A stretch of DNA of 63,480 bases, counting the filler, from Catajapyx aquilonaris (taxonomy: Eukaryota), in the NCBI GenBank assembly GCA_000934665.2. It is 4 parts of 4 records of this genome, joined end to end, with 100 filler letters (N's around TTAATTAATTAA, not from the genome) between each part and the next. Parts side by side here need not be neighbours in the genome. Positions count along the whole stretch, not along the records: positions 1 to 15,789 come from JYFJ02007391.1; positions 15,890 to 31,679 come from KZ539681.1; 2 more parts are not named here. One strand, written 5' to 3'. Below the pieces are notes generated by a model. It was not told the origin of the DNA. It ran no database searches and was given only the letters and a program-made list of their open reading frames with translations. Below are positions 1 through 16,557 of the stretch, in pieces. Each line of letters begins with the position of its first letter. Positions within the stretch are counted from its first letter, which is position 1. Position numbers and translations under genes: made by a program.

Positions 1-3000
1 CGTCAGAGAACTCTGGTTCATCCCGTACAAATGATCGTCCGCCTCCTATCGGTGGTAATATGAAACACTGGCAGAATGTCCACCATTCCTGGCGACGCGA
101 TTTGTCGATTAAACTGGTTCAGTTCCTGTATAACTTTCCATCGGCCAAAAGACCCCCAGGTTTCCCTTTCAACCCCACACACACACCCACACATTCTACC
201 AAAATGTTGAGCGACACCTAATCATTACAGGAGGCCGAAAGAGGCGCATCTGCAGCTGCAGCAACACTTTGCGACAACCCATCACTAAGAATTACAAGGT
301 ACAAAAAAAAGGGAGGTCGATTCCGCGAGAACTCCGTTTCGCCGAAGGCTTAATATATTACGCTGCTGGGGGTGAGTCGGCCAAAATGTCCCTCGGCGAA
401 ACGACCCGATTCCGCCACCGACCTTCCCCAATAACTCTTCCTATGCTCCATAGCGCACGCGGTATATAGCGCCAGGAGTCTGCCTTCCTTTTTTCGCTGG
501 TTTTACCGCATTGCCAGCTAGACAAACAACCGGCCATATACGCCACACACCCAATAGCGTGCCATGCACTCACGCATACACGCACCTCATCAAAAGGCAG
601 CAGCATGTGCACGTGCCCCCCCCATTTGCATGATTGGTAGGAATGATCGTTACGTGTCCCAAACTGTGGATAGGAACGCGATAAAGTGTTCAGATGCAAT
701 TTTTTCGAAGTGTGCGTGGGTACGAATCTGGTTCGTTTGGTAAAACTTGTTGCAATGATCCCATGTTTCTAATATGCTGAAATTCGGGCTGAATTGACAA
801 TGACTCTGTCACCCACGGTGTGCGAACTGAACAACCGCAATATCATTACGATATAAGCGTCCCAGAGCTCGATCCCTGCGTGGGCTAAATTGCCTTGTGT
901 TCAGGCATCATAGGCTATATATGTTACAATCCGGGTAAGTGAAGCTGCCTGGAGGCAGTAGGTCACACCATGGTTGCTCGCAAATTGGCGTAGGATGGTA
1001 TGGTATATATATCAATATTCGCCGGAAATTCACCGGAAGTTACGCGTATAGCTAATCACAAATGAAGTTGCAATATCCCAGCAATATGTATAAACTAGGC
1101 ACCAACTTGCCAAAAAATTAGGCATCGAAGCGACATCCGACGGTCAAGTGCAGAAGTAAGCGAGTCGCCACCCAGGAGGTGGCGCCCTGGCGCCCGGAAC
1201 AGCAGAAATGGGAATTCCGTGGAGTTTTTTGTGCTTTTTTTGGAGTTTTACAAAGTCCCTCGGCAGCGTTTCAAAAAAAAAAAAAAAACGTGGTTTGCAA
1301 AATATAGAAGACACGAGCAAAATTTGGACACCACTCCCAAAGCTGTAGGCCGTACGGTGCGGGAGGAGTTTCCATGACAGTCGGCTTTTAGTAATATAGA
1401 TATTCTCACGATATTTTCTCTGCACTGCGCAAGTAATGGACACACCATGATTACCAACGCTATACGGTCCGCTTCAAGGCAATTTATCACCTTTCTGTCG
1501 ATTCACCCCCAACAATAGATATGAATATTTGAATAGAAACGTCAGTGTCGACCAGCCCACAGGTTAAGGATCAATGTGGTACCAGGAAGTGTGTACCTAC
1601 ATGTGGTCGCGCATGGATTGCTATCTCAATATGGGCCCACAAATTCACCTACCCAGGACCCTTTCCTTAAGTAATTTGTCACTGCTCCACACTTTCTAAC
1701 AGCATGGCGTGACCTGTTCTATTCCTTCTTGACGCTTATCCTAAGCACGTTCATATTACGTTAAGTGTTGCTACCTATTCGCATGTGATTGAATGAGCAC
1801 ATGTGTGGATAAGAGTCAAGAAACGCTGGTACTTCACAGGCAATTTTTTTAACATTATTCTATGCAACAATATGCTTTAGTGGGCATGAAATGTGGCTAC
1901 CATTTTTTGGAGTTAGCCCTACATTCGTATCACTCTAACAACGTTACTGATCCACTTTTAGAGGAAAAATTAGATGGCGACCGCTAAGATAACCAAGTTA
2001 CAACTAAATTGCTTTTTAACCTCTAATGTAGCCTACACCACTTGCTAACTTTTCAGAAAAAGTTGCCAGGTTCTCTTACAATTACCCGTGGAATAACTTG
2101 CGTTTCAGTAAAAACCACATCGTTGAGCAACGTTGCTCAAGAAGTCTCGTAACTAAAGTGACAGTTGCAAACCTTTAAACCGCACTAATAAAACACAGCG
2201 TGGGCGGCACTGTCAAAGTCAGAAAAAGTCAAAAGTAGTTTATATCCTTCGAACCAAACTTTTTTCCACCAACGATCCTTCCCAAGAGAGGTTTACATAC
2301 GTCCCTTGCAAATGGACTAGCTATGGCTAAATTTCAGCTCCACTTTACGGCCATGCATACAATGTAATCAGCGTCTAGTGCTCTTCATTAAATCAAAGGT
2401 ATAGACGCAATATAATCCGTATTTACGATTCAAGTCAGGTTACAGCTCAAAGTTGCCAGAACCAGTTACGGAAATTGTTTAGTCTCTCCAGAGTTGCCGA
2501 GGCCTGATTGCTCGACCATCTGTACTAAAGGGCTTCAAAAGTCACAGTATTTGTTTCAACCACATTGCTTGAAGCATCACTGATATGAACACAGCTTAAA
2601 ATTACTCCATTACGTATGCCTATTAGTGGGCATTTTTTTTTGTAACAAAAAAAGTCATACATCAGCTAAAGCTGGATGTTAAAATGAATGAGCAGCTCTT
2701 GGAATTGAAACAGCTATTTCGGAATGAATGTAAAAGTGGCCCAGCAATTATGCAAAGTCCCTAAAATTATTTTGAGCGCGTTTTCGCTTCGAGGCTCCTC
2801 CTGTTCTATGTGCGGTACAAGATTGATGACGTCCGTCAAAGCCCACTGCGATTTTAAGAGCGACGGGCAGGGGGACACCGCATGAATTTGTCACACGTCA
2901 TGTGACAACTGACAAGTTAGGTGGAGTCATTACGTCCGCTTTGTTCTACGTCACAATTGTGTTCACATGTGGCAATTGTACAGAATTAAACCAAACACTG

Positions 3001-6000
3001 TTTTTTTGTTTTTTTTTGCCACCACACCGATAGTAACACACATGACAAGTTGGGGCCTCATAAAATACTGAAAAATAAGCCATGTTGCTAACGCCCCAGT
3101 ATATTTATAACCATGCGTATGATTGCACACGCGACATACTTGATCAATACGCGTTAATGATACAAATCTCACAACATGCCCAAAAAAAACTCTCATATCT
3201 TGAGCCATACCAATAGCCATAACCTACTTTTTTATTGCGACACATCCAACCAAACCTTATGAATTAAATAATGCACCATCTATATGTAAAAACCCGTGTG
3301 TGATACCCATCGCACTCTTCGTCACCTAGTGCGTGACAGTCGCCGCCGTCCATAAACGCGAACCGTTGACGTAGCCTGTCACACATTGGTCCTAATTCGC
3401 AATTTTTGAACAGACCAACTTTGGCACCGAGTAAAACTAGGGAGTTGCATCGATTTCTGGTGGTATAGTGCATGCATGTTTTGATTGGTGAGCTGAATAT
3501 CTGAGGGCATGTTGATAGACTGTCGGCAACCACACTGTCACAAAGTAAACCCCAACAAAGGTGGTTAATTGAGGGTCCTTTCAAGTGGTTGTCCGTAACC
3601 GTAGCCGCCAAATAGTGCACTCTATTATTATAATTTTAAATAACGTTGCAATTACCGTTCCAGTACAGGTCAGCAAGGTCAGCACATTGAATGCCCATAC
3701 ACTTATTTTTGTCCCACTCTCCGCCTATAATTACACCCGGTAAAATCCTGCAGAGAATCGATTCAACACATCCGGGCCTCTCGAACTGTGCCACGATAAC
3801 AGCACCCCGTGTAAGTGATAACCGTGACACACTTCTACAATCCTGCCCCTCCCCCACCTATTGCCCGTCATTGTCCACAGCACCTGTCACCCCTCCATAG
3901 ACGCACTATCTCGGCATTGCGGCGGCAGAGTCGATATACACCGGCGGGGAAGGCGGCAGCGTCACGTCCGCCGCAGGTGCACCAGGCGCCTGTACTTACC
4001 AGGGGTGTCCCAAGATGGCCGCGTAACCGGCCCGTGCTCCGATGCGGGTTTCTTATGTGTGCTTCATCCGCGCGCCTTGCAGGACTACCCCTAGGGCGTC
4101 GCAGGGGCAGGCCAAGGGTAGATCGGATTGGAGGGGGGAGGNGGAGGATTCGATCGGAGGACTATAGGGGCTTTTGTCTTTTTGGCGCCGGCTCAGTGCC
4201 ACCGGCGCCAAGGACACGGTACTGGGAGGGAGATGGTAGGGGGGGTTAAGGGAGGAACATGGGTTTTAAATCGGGGCAGTACCCGGTTCGAGGGTTTTCA
4301 GGTTTAAAAGAGGTGGGTTTTGGCAGGTGCGGCGATGGTGCTGCCGTTTGGCGGCGGGTTTGGGAAAGGTGATGACATCTGGTGGCGGCGGGAATCTGTC
4401 AAACATAAAAATGAACAATCAAAATTCAAATTTTATAATTCTGTATGAACATAACTGACAGTGGTACAGTACTTAAATCGCTGCAATATACATATACATT
4501 ACACAAAAAGTACATCACATCCGAGACCAACAATTGCCATCACATTAGGTCTGTTACATGTAAAACCATGTGACAGCTACCACAAACATATGCCAAATTA
4601 TTAAAAGAATAACTTTACTATTCTAATCACACTTTGACTACCTCAGCGTCCTCGCTCACAACATTCCAATTCACTTCAATTTCACTGGATGACAGTTTGT
4701 TTCCATTCCACTTTGCTGACATGTTTTCACCTGACGAGTATTTTCGCTTAACAATATAATCAGCAGGATACAAAATATCTCGTAATGCAGTGAAAAGTTG
4801 CAGTTATGTTAGGGGAGACAGCATCTCACCTGAAATTATAACATCAGGTTAGTTACAATATGTGCCAGATATTGTAATAGATTTACTTTCAATATTGAAG
4901 GCTGATAAGTCAGAAGTAAACAATTCAATAAATGAAGCTTGCACATTGAGAGCCTAAATTTTCCACCATTGCAAACTGAATTTTAGGCCAAAATATCACA
5001 CATATTGATTTTAAAAGTCCAAAATAGGCGATACATTATTTTACATTTCTGAACAAGAATTGCACCTTTCAACACGAAAATTAAAATTATGACATATGAT
5101 CAACATATGTAATGTAATCAGGTACATCAGGCAAGAATATTGTACTAGAGACAGATAAATACCAGGTGAAGCATTGTGTCAATCAAATTTTAATTGGGTG
5201 AAAAGAATTGGGATTTCAAGGCCAGATGTGGTCAGGTATGTTGTCATAGGAAGAAAAAAAAAAATGCATCATGCAAAGTGGTACGGTACTGCCAACATAT
5301 TCACTGTGGAGGCAACAAGCCCAAAAACACATATAGGGCTCATCAGAATAAACGTGCTACTTGCAGAAAATTACCAAACTAATAGAATAGACTGAGGTGC
5401 TGCAAAGAAGGGAGTTGTAACACAAATATGTTGCATGTAAATTGCAAATACAGTGAAAACTGTACATAACAAACCTTAGACACAGCGAAAACATGCCCAC
5501 TAGAGAACTTATATTTGGTCCTGATGAAGTCATTTCAACACATTTCAGTTGCATACTACAAAAACCCAATCACTATGGACACATTTTGTAGAATGAAGCA
5601 ACTCCACTATACTGAACTAGCATGGTACTCGTTCTTCGTAAAACCTAGATAACATGGACAATAGAATAATGTTATGGGTGAAATTAATGACAAAATGTAA
5701 TTTATAAATGCCATTCAGTTCCTGTGCAAATCAACAAGTTAAATGCTTCAAAAATTACAATTGTCATTAATAATCTTGCACCACACAGCATTTCCACTAC
5801 ACAACAGCAATCTTATATCTCTGAGATATGCTGCACAGAGGACTTTTTATTGCCACCAAGGTAAATCACACCACTGTGAACACTTGCTGTCAGTAATTGC
5901 AATTAAAATTAAGTATGAATAAGTGTACTGCAGGGTAACAGGTTTGGTTCCTGCCTGTGCAACTGTAGCCTCCACTGTTACTAGTTCGCATCCAACAATC

Positions 6001-6134
6001 ACACATTTTCTCACATGTATTTGTACACGTTTCAGCACGTCTAAATTGTCACATTACTGTACTGCAGCATAATAGTGCACTTGGGTTTGATAATGGCTGG
6101 TATCCCAACTATTCCATGCTCATATAGTGTAATA

Positions 6135-6366
6135 GACTGTACTCTTGACTATCCGGGCTAATGACTGCATGGGTGTCACCCGATAATCTGAAAACACGGA
6201 TAATCAAAAAATGGTTATGGATATCATAAAAGGGGGCTGTTCAGAGGTTTTAAATTTCTTTGTTTGCAAGACATAGACATTTTTCGGACTTTCATTTATT
6301 TTCCTTTGTTTTGGCGATACCTGGATAATCCGCAAAATCCACACCCGGATAATCGGGAGTACAGCG
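6135..6366. mobile_element. pogo/Tigger-type MITE
   Basis: Inverted ends actgtactcttgactatccggg / cccggataatcgggagtacagcg; same family as 50746-51179. Confidence 0.6.
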
Positions 6367-6822
6367 TAGTTCACTGTACAAAGTGATAAGCAAAATAATT
6401 CTAATGAGAACATCCAAAACCGGGACGATTCTCATACAACTTGTGTGATGTTAGATATAAATACATTTTGAAAATCTTTTCCCCATGGAGTCCCTGAAAT
6501 GCAGACTTAACTTGTGCAAATTGAAGCTGTCTTTGACTGGTCCTTACATGACTTGAATCTGCAATGCAGTTCAATACTAATGAAATTTATATCAAAGATG
6601 AACTAAATTCAACGCACATTGCAACAGATCTATTTTAAAAATATCATATTCTCACTCCCATTTTAGGGTCCAGCAGAGCTCCCAATGCGATTTCAGTTGC
6701 AGTATTTAACTGATACTGTCACGTATATCCACTGTATATCTACTGATGATGATTGTACAAGTCAGCGGTGCAAATCTTGGTGAAAGGGTCTCAAAAACTG
6801 TCATTTGGTTGTGAATGTGACA

Positions 6823-9800
6823 TTACCTGGACTGCACATCACTGTTACCACTTTCACACCCAGTCTTTCCATTCTTTACACATTTCATTCCAATTTCATC
6901 ACTTTTTTTGCTCTGAGCTGCAGCAAGAAGGACTTCAATGTTCTGCTGGAGATCTGTTGTTGAGCAACTGCCATTGTCTGCAGTCACCTTCACAATAGAT
7001 GGACCCACTGGAATTGTAGATTCACTGCCCTTTTTCTGGCGAGTGTACACCCGAACACCTAGTAAAGAACATAACTTGTCAGTTTCCCCAGACAACCTTA
7101 TCGGTGCAAAACAAAAGCAAGTGTGACACACCTTTACGATGTGATGAGTTGTTTCGATTAGTTGGTGAAAATTTGTCACTCTCCACTGCTTCAACCAGAA
7201 CATCCAAATTGCTGTGATCCTCCTCTTTGACCACCTCTGTCACATCTTTTGAAGAAGGTTCAGGTGATTCTGTCAGCACTTTCCTCAATATAACTGAATC
7301 TGTGAATGGAAAAGTCTCAGTTCATTTGGAAAATTCAAGTGGATACACCATTAGTCAGTTGCTTGACATGAACTTTGAATCTGCTAATCAATATAGGTCA
7401 CTTTCAGCCAAGCCATCACTGATTGGTGAATGCAAATCAAGTGCATTGAGGCTCACATGAGACCAACACCAAGTACTTTCTTTTGGAAAGTAGCACTCAT
7501 GTTGTATATTTTCATGCCAATCAAGAGGAGGGGCACATAGGTCCAGAGCAGTGGTTCACACCCTTTCTCGAGTCGTGACCCCTTTTTATAATAGCCCAGT
7601 AACCTGCGACCCACCCACATTTGGGTAAAAATGCATTTTTATAGGGTAAAGAAAGCAAAATATTTTCATAACTTCATAACATGCTTACGAGTCTCAGCTG
7701 AGTGTTTGTTAGTCTACAAAGCTACCTAGGCGACCCCCTTGGGTATCGTGACCCACTAGTTGGGAACCATTGTTCTAGGGAAATCTTGACAGGAAGTATG
7801 GAAAACAACAAATGACACTAATTTTCTCACCTTCATCTGGATTACTCGGGTCCTCGTGTTCCTCGTTATCTTTCTTCTCTATTTCTGAGTAATGACGATT
7901 TATTATTGTAGAAATCCTGGCAGCTGCACCAGCTAAAAAAAGACAGTTTGAGGATTTAGTACAGTGCAATCAGAAGAGTAAGGTAATCTGGGTTCACAAG
8001 AAACTCCTCTGGTAAAAAACTTTGGTGCCCAAGGTAAATTTTCATTTTTCATTTTCATTTTCATGTTCAGCACAAAAACATAAAAGCGGAGGAGTTACTC
8101 CCCTGTCATCAAGTTTCACTGTAGTAATAACAATGATCTAGTGTAACTACTAGGAGAACCAATGACATCCGAGCAATACCCTGCCACACAATGCAAAATT
8201 ACCTCCAAACCATAGCATTCAAAAGCAGAAACAGCAGTTTCCTTAGTACTTTTGTAACAAAATGGCTGATGAGGTGCATCTCTATACCACAGAACTAGTG
8301 AAATGATCTGCAGCAAAGCATATAAATATTGCACTGGCTAAGACACACACATCATGTGGCAGGCCACATGCAAATCCTTGCAAGGATCCCTGTGCTGCTA
8401 ATGAACAAGCCCACAAAATCCCATGGGTGAATTCAATAACTGTGCATATAAGACGCTGTGTGCAAATTGCTAATAGCAATAACAGTATATTACAATTAAC
8501 TTGTGCCACACATCTTATTTGCACCTAGTTTGCATCCAGCCATAGTTGCTTCATGTGTAGACTATGCCAATGCTCCAGGGCTTACTAGTTACCAAACCCC
8601 GACACACATGCTGTATCCGTCTAACATACAACACGTGCCCAAGTCCAAATGTGACTTACTCTCATCCTGCAAACGTAAAGGTTGCAGTTGCAGCTTCTCC
8701 CCATCCACTTTCTCATTTTCTTGACACTTGGAGGTAAGGTGCCGCTCATACATTCGGAACAACGTCTTGGAAGGTATGGGCCTCCCAGGATATGCAAATA
8801 ACTTCCCAACCCCACCAGTGGTCAGGTACTTGAGCAGCTTCTTACTAGATGGTGCGACTTCAATGGTGGTTATGATGTCGGAGGTGTCAGTTAGCTGAGA
8901 TTTGAACTCAGCTACAGAGATGTTCTTCACTGCATCCATGATTACACGGCTACGTTTATTGCCTAACCTGCTCGAGGCCACTGAAACTGAATGGTAAAAT
9001 GCATGACAGAAGTAGATTTGCCTTCGCTGCTTGTGAAAGGTGAGCTCACAAGTTTGAAAGAGCCGTTAGTTGTGGTTACTGTGGTACAGCACAATCACTT
9101 AATAAATAAATTTTCCACTGAATTCAGAGACCCTTACAGGCACATCTCACCATGCATATTGAAAAGGTTTCACTATAAATACTCCAAAGTCTTACCATAA
9201 ACTGGAACTGAAGAGGTTTTCTGCCTCCTCCACACAGGTGTAGGAGTTGGTGTTTCCTTCAGGGGTATAAGTTTTCTGGCTGGGGCAGGTTTCCCATAGC
9301 ACTTGACTGATTTGACATCGTTTGCTACATGCACTATACTGAGTTCTTCTTCAGTAGGCTTCATCTCAACAGATTCACTTGCATCTAATGTTATTGTCTC
9401 AATTCCTTCATCGCCTGACTCAGCAGGCATCTGAAAAATCCATATTGCATTCCCATTACTAAAATACTCATTTTGGTCATTTTCGAAAATTAAATCTGTT
9501 AACAACACACATATCGTAATCGCATGTTACTCATCCACATTATTCAACGCAGATCAACCCTCAAATCAGATTGGGCCCAACAGTGTAATAATGTAAAGGT
9601 TACCAATGAATGAGCAATGTACTTGTAATTCATGGCACCTATGAAATAATAATAAATCATTGTAAATTTAACTTAAAAACCAAAATTTACTTATACAGTT
9701 ATACTGTAATAATCACATGCATATTTTCTGATGCTAACTGGTCATAAATCATTGAAATCGCAATAAACATGCATTGTGCATACATTACGTTTTGGTGGTA

Positions 9801-11268
9801 AGCAACTCTACTTACACAATGTGAGGATGAAAATATTTAAAAGCAGCAGTTTAATAAGAGGAAATTAAATATATTGACACAAATATTTCAAAGATATGTG
9901 GTCAGTTAGACTTAAATGTGGCTAATGTCAGAATCTTCTCCAAATTAATTTTTATATCAACAAGCACAAAATACTAGAATGGCAAGCAATAAAACAAACA
10001 CAAAAGTGCTACAGTTCAGTAATAGAGTGAAACCTGTCACTCTACAGGGTGTTCCAGAGTTGACGACTCACTCTTTGAAACGCAATTACTTTCGAACGGA
10101 ATAACATATTTATTTAATGTATGCACCAAAACATCAAGGAAATACTAACTTAAGACCTGTTCTCCATGGTATGGTCAACCACCACCCCTTCCACGTCGAT
10201 ACAGGCCTGCAATCGCAAGGCGACGTTGTCGCACACCTTCCGACAGAAGTCAACAGGGATCGCGTTGAACTCCTGTGTGATTATGTCACGCAGATGCTCC
10301 AGGGAGCCGATTCGATGGTGGTAATACTGGTAAACCTTTTCCTTCAGATAACCCCACAGGCATCGGACTGATTTTGCTTTTGCTGGAGAACTTTCCAGTG
10401 CATCTCGGATGCGCTGTTTGTTTTCTGCATTCACAACTGTTTTCCCTTTGCTGGGGTTATTTTGATCCAAGACACTTCCAGTTTCATCGAACCGTTGGTT
10501 TATCCTCGCAACAGTTTTTCGGGTAGGAGCCGGTCCACCGAAAAGGTTTGCCATTTGACGGCACACTTCTGTAACATTTTTTGTCACTGAATACAGCCGA
10601 ACACACTGGACACGTTTCTCCAACGACAGTCTTGCTTCGGCCATTTTTGTTGAAAGACCTGAGCATTGCTTTAGTACTGCCACCTACATGGAAGATTTTC
10701 GCACCCTCCCTTGATGTTTTGGTACGGACTTTAAATAAATATGTTGTTCCGTTCGAAAGTAATTGCGTTTCAAAGAGTGAGTCGTTAACTCTGGAACACC
10801 CTGTACTTCATTGTAACAACATGTGCACTGGGACAAAACAAATTATTCATATCGGTCAAGTTTCCCAATGTACAGCTATTACGAGGCTTCACCACGTAAC
10901 AGAAAATAGCGATTCCTTTGGCAAGAAGTACAAAATTCAGGTCAATGTACTTTGAATTCCTTGGATGTGAGCGAACCCCCCGGAATAAAATCCAAGATCA
11001 CCTCAACCCCGTCCATGGCCACAGGCACCGCAACAGGCTGTCCATATGAGGGTGCACCAGTCACCCCGGTATGGAGGGGGTCCTTGGAGACCATGGTGGG
11101 GCTGACAATGTAGGCCGTGGAGTAGTGGATGGACTGGAAGGAAACCTGCTCCTTGCTGTCCACATGCGGCTGGCAGTACTCCTTCCTGTCATCTCCCAGG
11201 AAGGCCACATTCGGGTCCAGTGTCATCACCGTCACCGTGCACCCAGGTTCTTGCTTCACCTGTGCCAT
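6823..11268 (-). CDS. Multi-exon gene (~459 aa) containing only the Rad21 STAG/SA-binding segment (kleisin-derived, atypical)
   Basis: Phase-consistent GT-AG exons 11268-10951, 9430-9196, 8980-8660, 7932-7831, 7299-7132, 7058-6823 (stop, or a donor at 6827). Exon 3 reads NKRSRVIMDAVKNISVAEFKSQLTDTSDIITTIEVAPSSKKLLKYLTTGGVGKLFAYPGRPIPSKTLFRMYERHL, matching Rad21 KRKLIVD..K.....I.AQL.D.SDIVTTLDLAPPTKKLM.WKETGGVEKLF.LP. The other exons are low-complexity. Confidence 0.7.
7549..7772. mobile_element. hAT (Charlie-like) MITE
   Basis: TIRs cagtggttcaca / tgggaaccattg, internal cgacccc motifs; same family as 28579-28814; TSD degraded. Confidence 0.65.
10045..10803 (-). mobile_element. Internally deleted Tc1/mariner element, copy 1 (intron 1 of Rad21-segment gene)
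   Basis: About 70-bp TIRs (cagggtgttccagagttgacgactcactctttgaaacgcaattactttcgaacgg), TA TSD. ORF 10150-10683 has an N-terminal HTH-like region (PTRKTVARINQRFDETGSV) fused to the C-terminal LWGYLKEKVY...RLQACI motif; the catalytic core is missing. Confidence 0.9.
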
Positions 11269-11870
11269 GTGGTGTACCTGCACTCGGATATAACGGAATC
11301 AATCATTTCTGCTTGGTCCAGCTGGAGTTGTGCTCGATCAGCGAACTGTCCGGTGAACGTACCGTGTGTTGCCGCGAGTGTGTCGAAGAACCATGAAGAG
11401 GTCGGTTATCTGTAGTGCCGGAGATCGGGCGGGCTCCTTCCAGCAGGTCGCCACCCGCTGAAGGGATACAACAGCAGGACGCACACGAAACGTCCCGGTG
11501 CACGACCGCAACCTCAGACAATGCTTCCTGTACAGTACACAGTACGTGCACACACACAACTAAACACTCCGACTCCGAAAGAAATAAACAGTAAAAGAAA
11601 TGACCGAATGCCAACTTCCACGTACCTCTCCCGTCCGTGCAGAGATGTCGCTGCTGTGCAAGCATCACGTGGCGACACCCACGGCCGATTCGCCTACTAC
11701 TACAGAATTGTCTTTCTAGCATTGTCAACATTAGGCAGAGATAATTAATATGTAGCCTAATTAGTAAATTGCAAAATGCATCTCACTGAATATGACAACA
11801 CCAGGCTCATGTCATTACAGGATGTTATCGGGACTGAAAAAGGCATAAAGGATATTGCAATCTAATTTCA

Positions 11871-11876
11871 TTTATT
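11871..11876 (-). promoter_or_regulatory. Candidate polyadenylation signal (AATAAA) of thioredoxin reductase
   Basis: tttatt on the plus strand, about 130 nt downstream of the SECIS. Confidence 0.5.
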
Positions 11877-12008
11877 AACGTTATAATTCTTCAACTTCTT
11901 ACATGCAAAATACAACATACAAGGCCACTATTATAATCCCATCATCTGGCATTATCATTACAATTGGATTAAGTACTGGTATATCATTAACCTGATTCGG
12001 GGAAGACA

Positions 12009-12108
12009 CACCTGCTTTTTAAAATCTTCAAGCTGCACCCTCCCATGATATGGGTTTAAAGTGCAGCCGTCATCCTTGCAAAATATTGCACTTTAAAAAA
12101 AGCAGGTG
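12009..12108 (-). promoter_or_regulatory. SECIS element, type II, in the thioredoxin reductase 3' UTR
   Basis: Minus strand: helix I cacctgcttttt/aaaaagcaggtg; core AUGAC (12073-12069) with UGAA (12030-12027); helix II ggctgcactt/gggtgcagct; unpaired AAA (12057-12055); apical mini-stem ccca-tatca-tggg. Confidence 0.93.
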
Positions 12109-12175
12109 AATCAATTGACTGCTGTCAACTTTCGCAGCGTCAAAACAAGACGCTGCTTCAAGTCAACAGCAGTCA

Positions 12176-15461
<3,286 letters not shown>

Positions 15462-15789
15462 CTGCAAATACAAGATTAAATATTTTAAAGCGAAAAATAA
15501 TAGAATAACAACCTCAGTGATTTTTAAAAATCTTAGAATTCTATCATTATCCAGATGATCTTTACACAACATTAGTTCTTTTAACTCTTTGATGCATACT
15601 GACATCACATGATGTCCGGAGCTTTTCTGAATTTGGCACGCTAGGATGTGCATAGAGAATTTGCACTTTGCGGTTCCAAATGCGGTTCAATATGCTCCTG
15701 CCATCTCTTGGATGGTGACTGGACTACCATGGCACCCCTAGACTCCCCTGTTCCTGCCAAGTTGAGTGGTGGGTCACGTCACTCCCCAG

Positions 15790-15889
15790 NNNNNNNNNNN
15801 NNNNNNNNNNNNNNNNNNNNNNNNNNNNNNNNNTTAATTAATTAANNNNNNNNNNNNNNNNNNNNNNNNNNNNNNNNNNNNNNNNNNNN
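15790..15889. other. Artificial contig spacer (N-TTAATTAATTAA-N)
   Basis: N runs flanking a six-frame-stop linker; the same structure recurs at 31680 and 47615. Confidence 0.95.
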
Positions 15890-16274
15890 ACCGGTGTGGG
15901 TACTATGTTGAGAAATAAAATTGTTTCTTTGTCATGTCTCGCGTATGTCTACTTGAAACCACGAACTTATATAACACCCCTCGTATGTAATGCAGAAACA
16001 GATGGCATTTTTGATTCCCTAATAAAGGATAACTTCAGGGTGGAATGGAATCATCTCACCAAGATATACATATGCAGAGTGATGAGAACAAAGTGAGGTG
16101 TCATGACTAGCTGGTCTATTCATGACATTTTGAGATGAAGTTTTGCTTGTTCCCAGGCATTCCTTCACAATGTTCAGGACATTCACATGAGACTGCTGTC
16201 TTACGAATTGTTCACCACTGAGCCTTCTTGATCAGTGCAGAAATAGCACTCCTCTGTCCCTCTTTTTTCTTTCT

Positions 16275-16557
16275 TTTTTTTTTTTAATGTAATACCCCTT
16301 GTCACCCCTTACAGGGTATTCGGGGAGGCCATGTTAGAAGCGCCTGGGCCTACAGGCAGGTGAGGGGATGTGCAAGGTGCAGTGCATCGACTAGTAAGGT
16401 CATTTTGTGAGCTCCCCTGTGTGGCTTAGTCTGTCGGAAATACCACCCGAAACGAATCCAGAGACGACCCAAGAACTCTGCACGAGAAGAAGGGGGTATC
16501 CCCGGGACCTTAACATCCGTGGGCGCGTACGTTACCGCCGTGCCACTTCATTTCCCC
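16275..16557 (-). mobile_element. tRNA-derived SINE, family A (B-box region deleted, variant tail)
   Basis: Homologous to 27226-27564 and 46586-46990 (core cttctcgtgcagagttc...gcactgcaccttgcacatcccct); poly(A) tail. Confidence 0.8.

Noticed and set aside
1..4400. ORFs and GC-rich patches in the first 4.4 kb
   Set aside because: No recognisable protein motifs or consistent exon chain. It looks like non-coding TE-derived sequence, but I could not define termini.
4634..6040. Exon-like segments (4829-4634, 5640-5570, 6040-5930, minus strand) as further exons of the Rad21-segment gene
   Set aside because: Phases do not chain cleanly, the 4829-4634 frame contains an in-frame TAA, and there is no winged-helix similarity.
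15834..15845. Recurrent TTAATTAATTAA palindrome (also 31724 and 47659)
   Set aside because: Assembly linker embedded in N runs; not biological.
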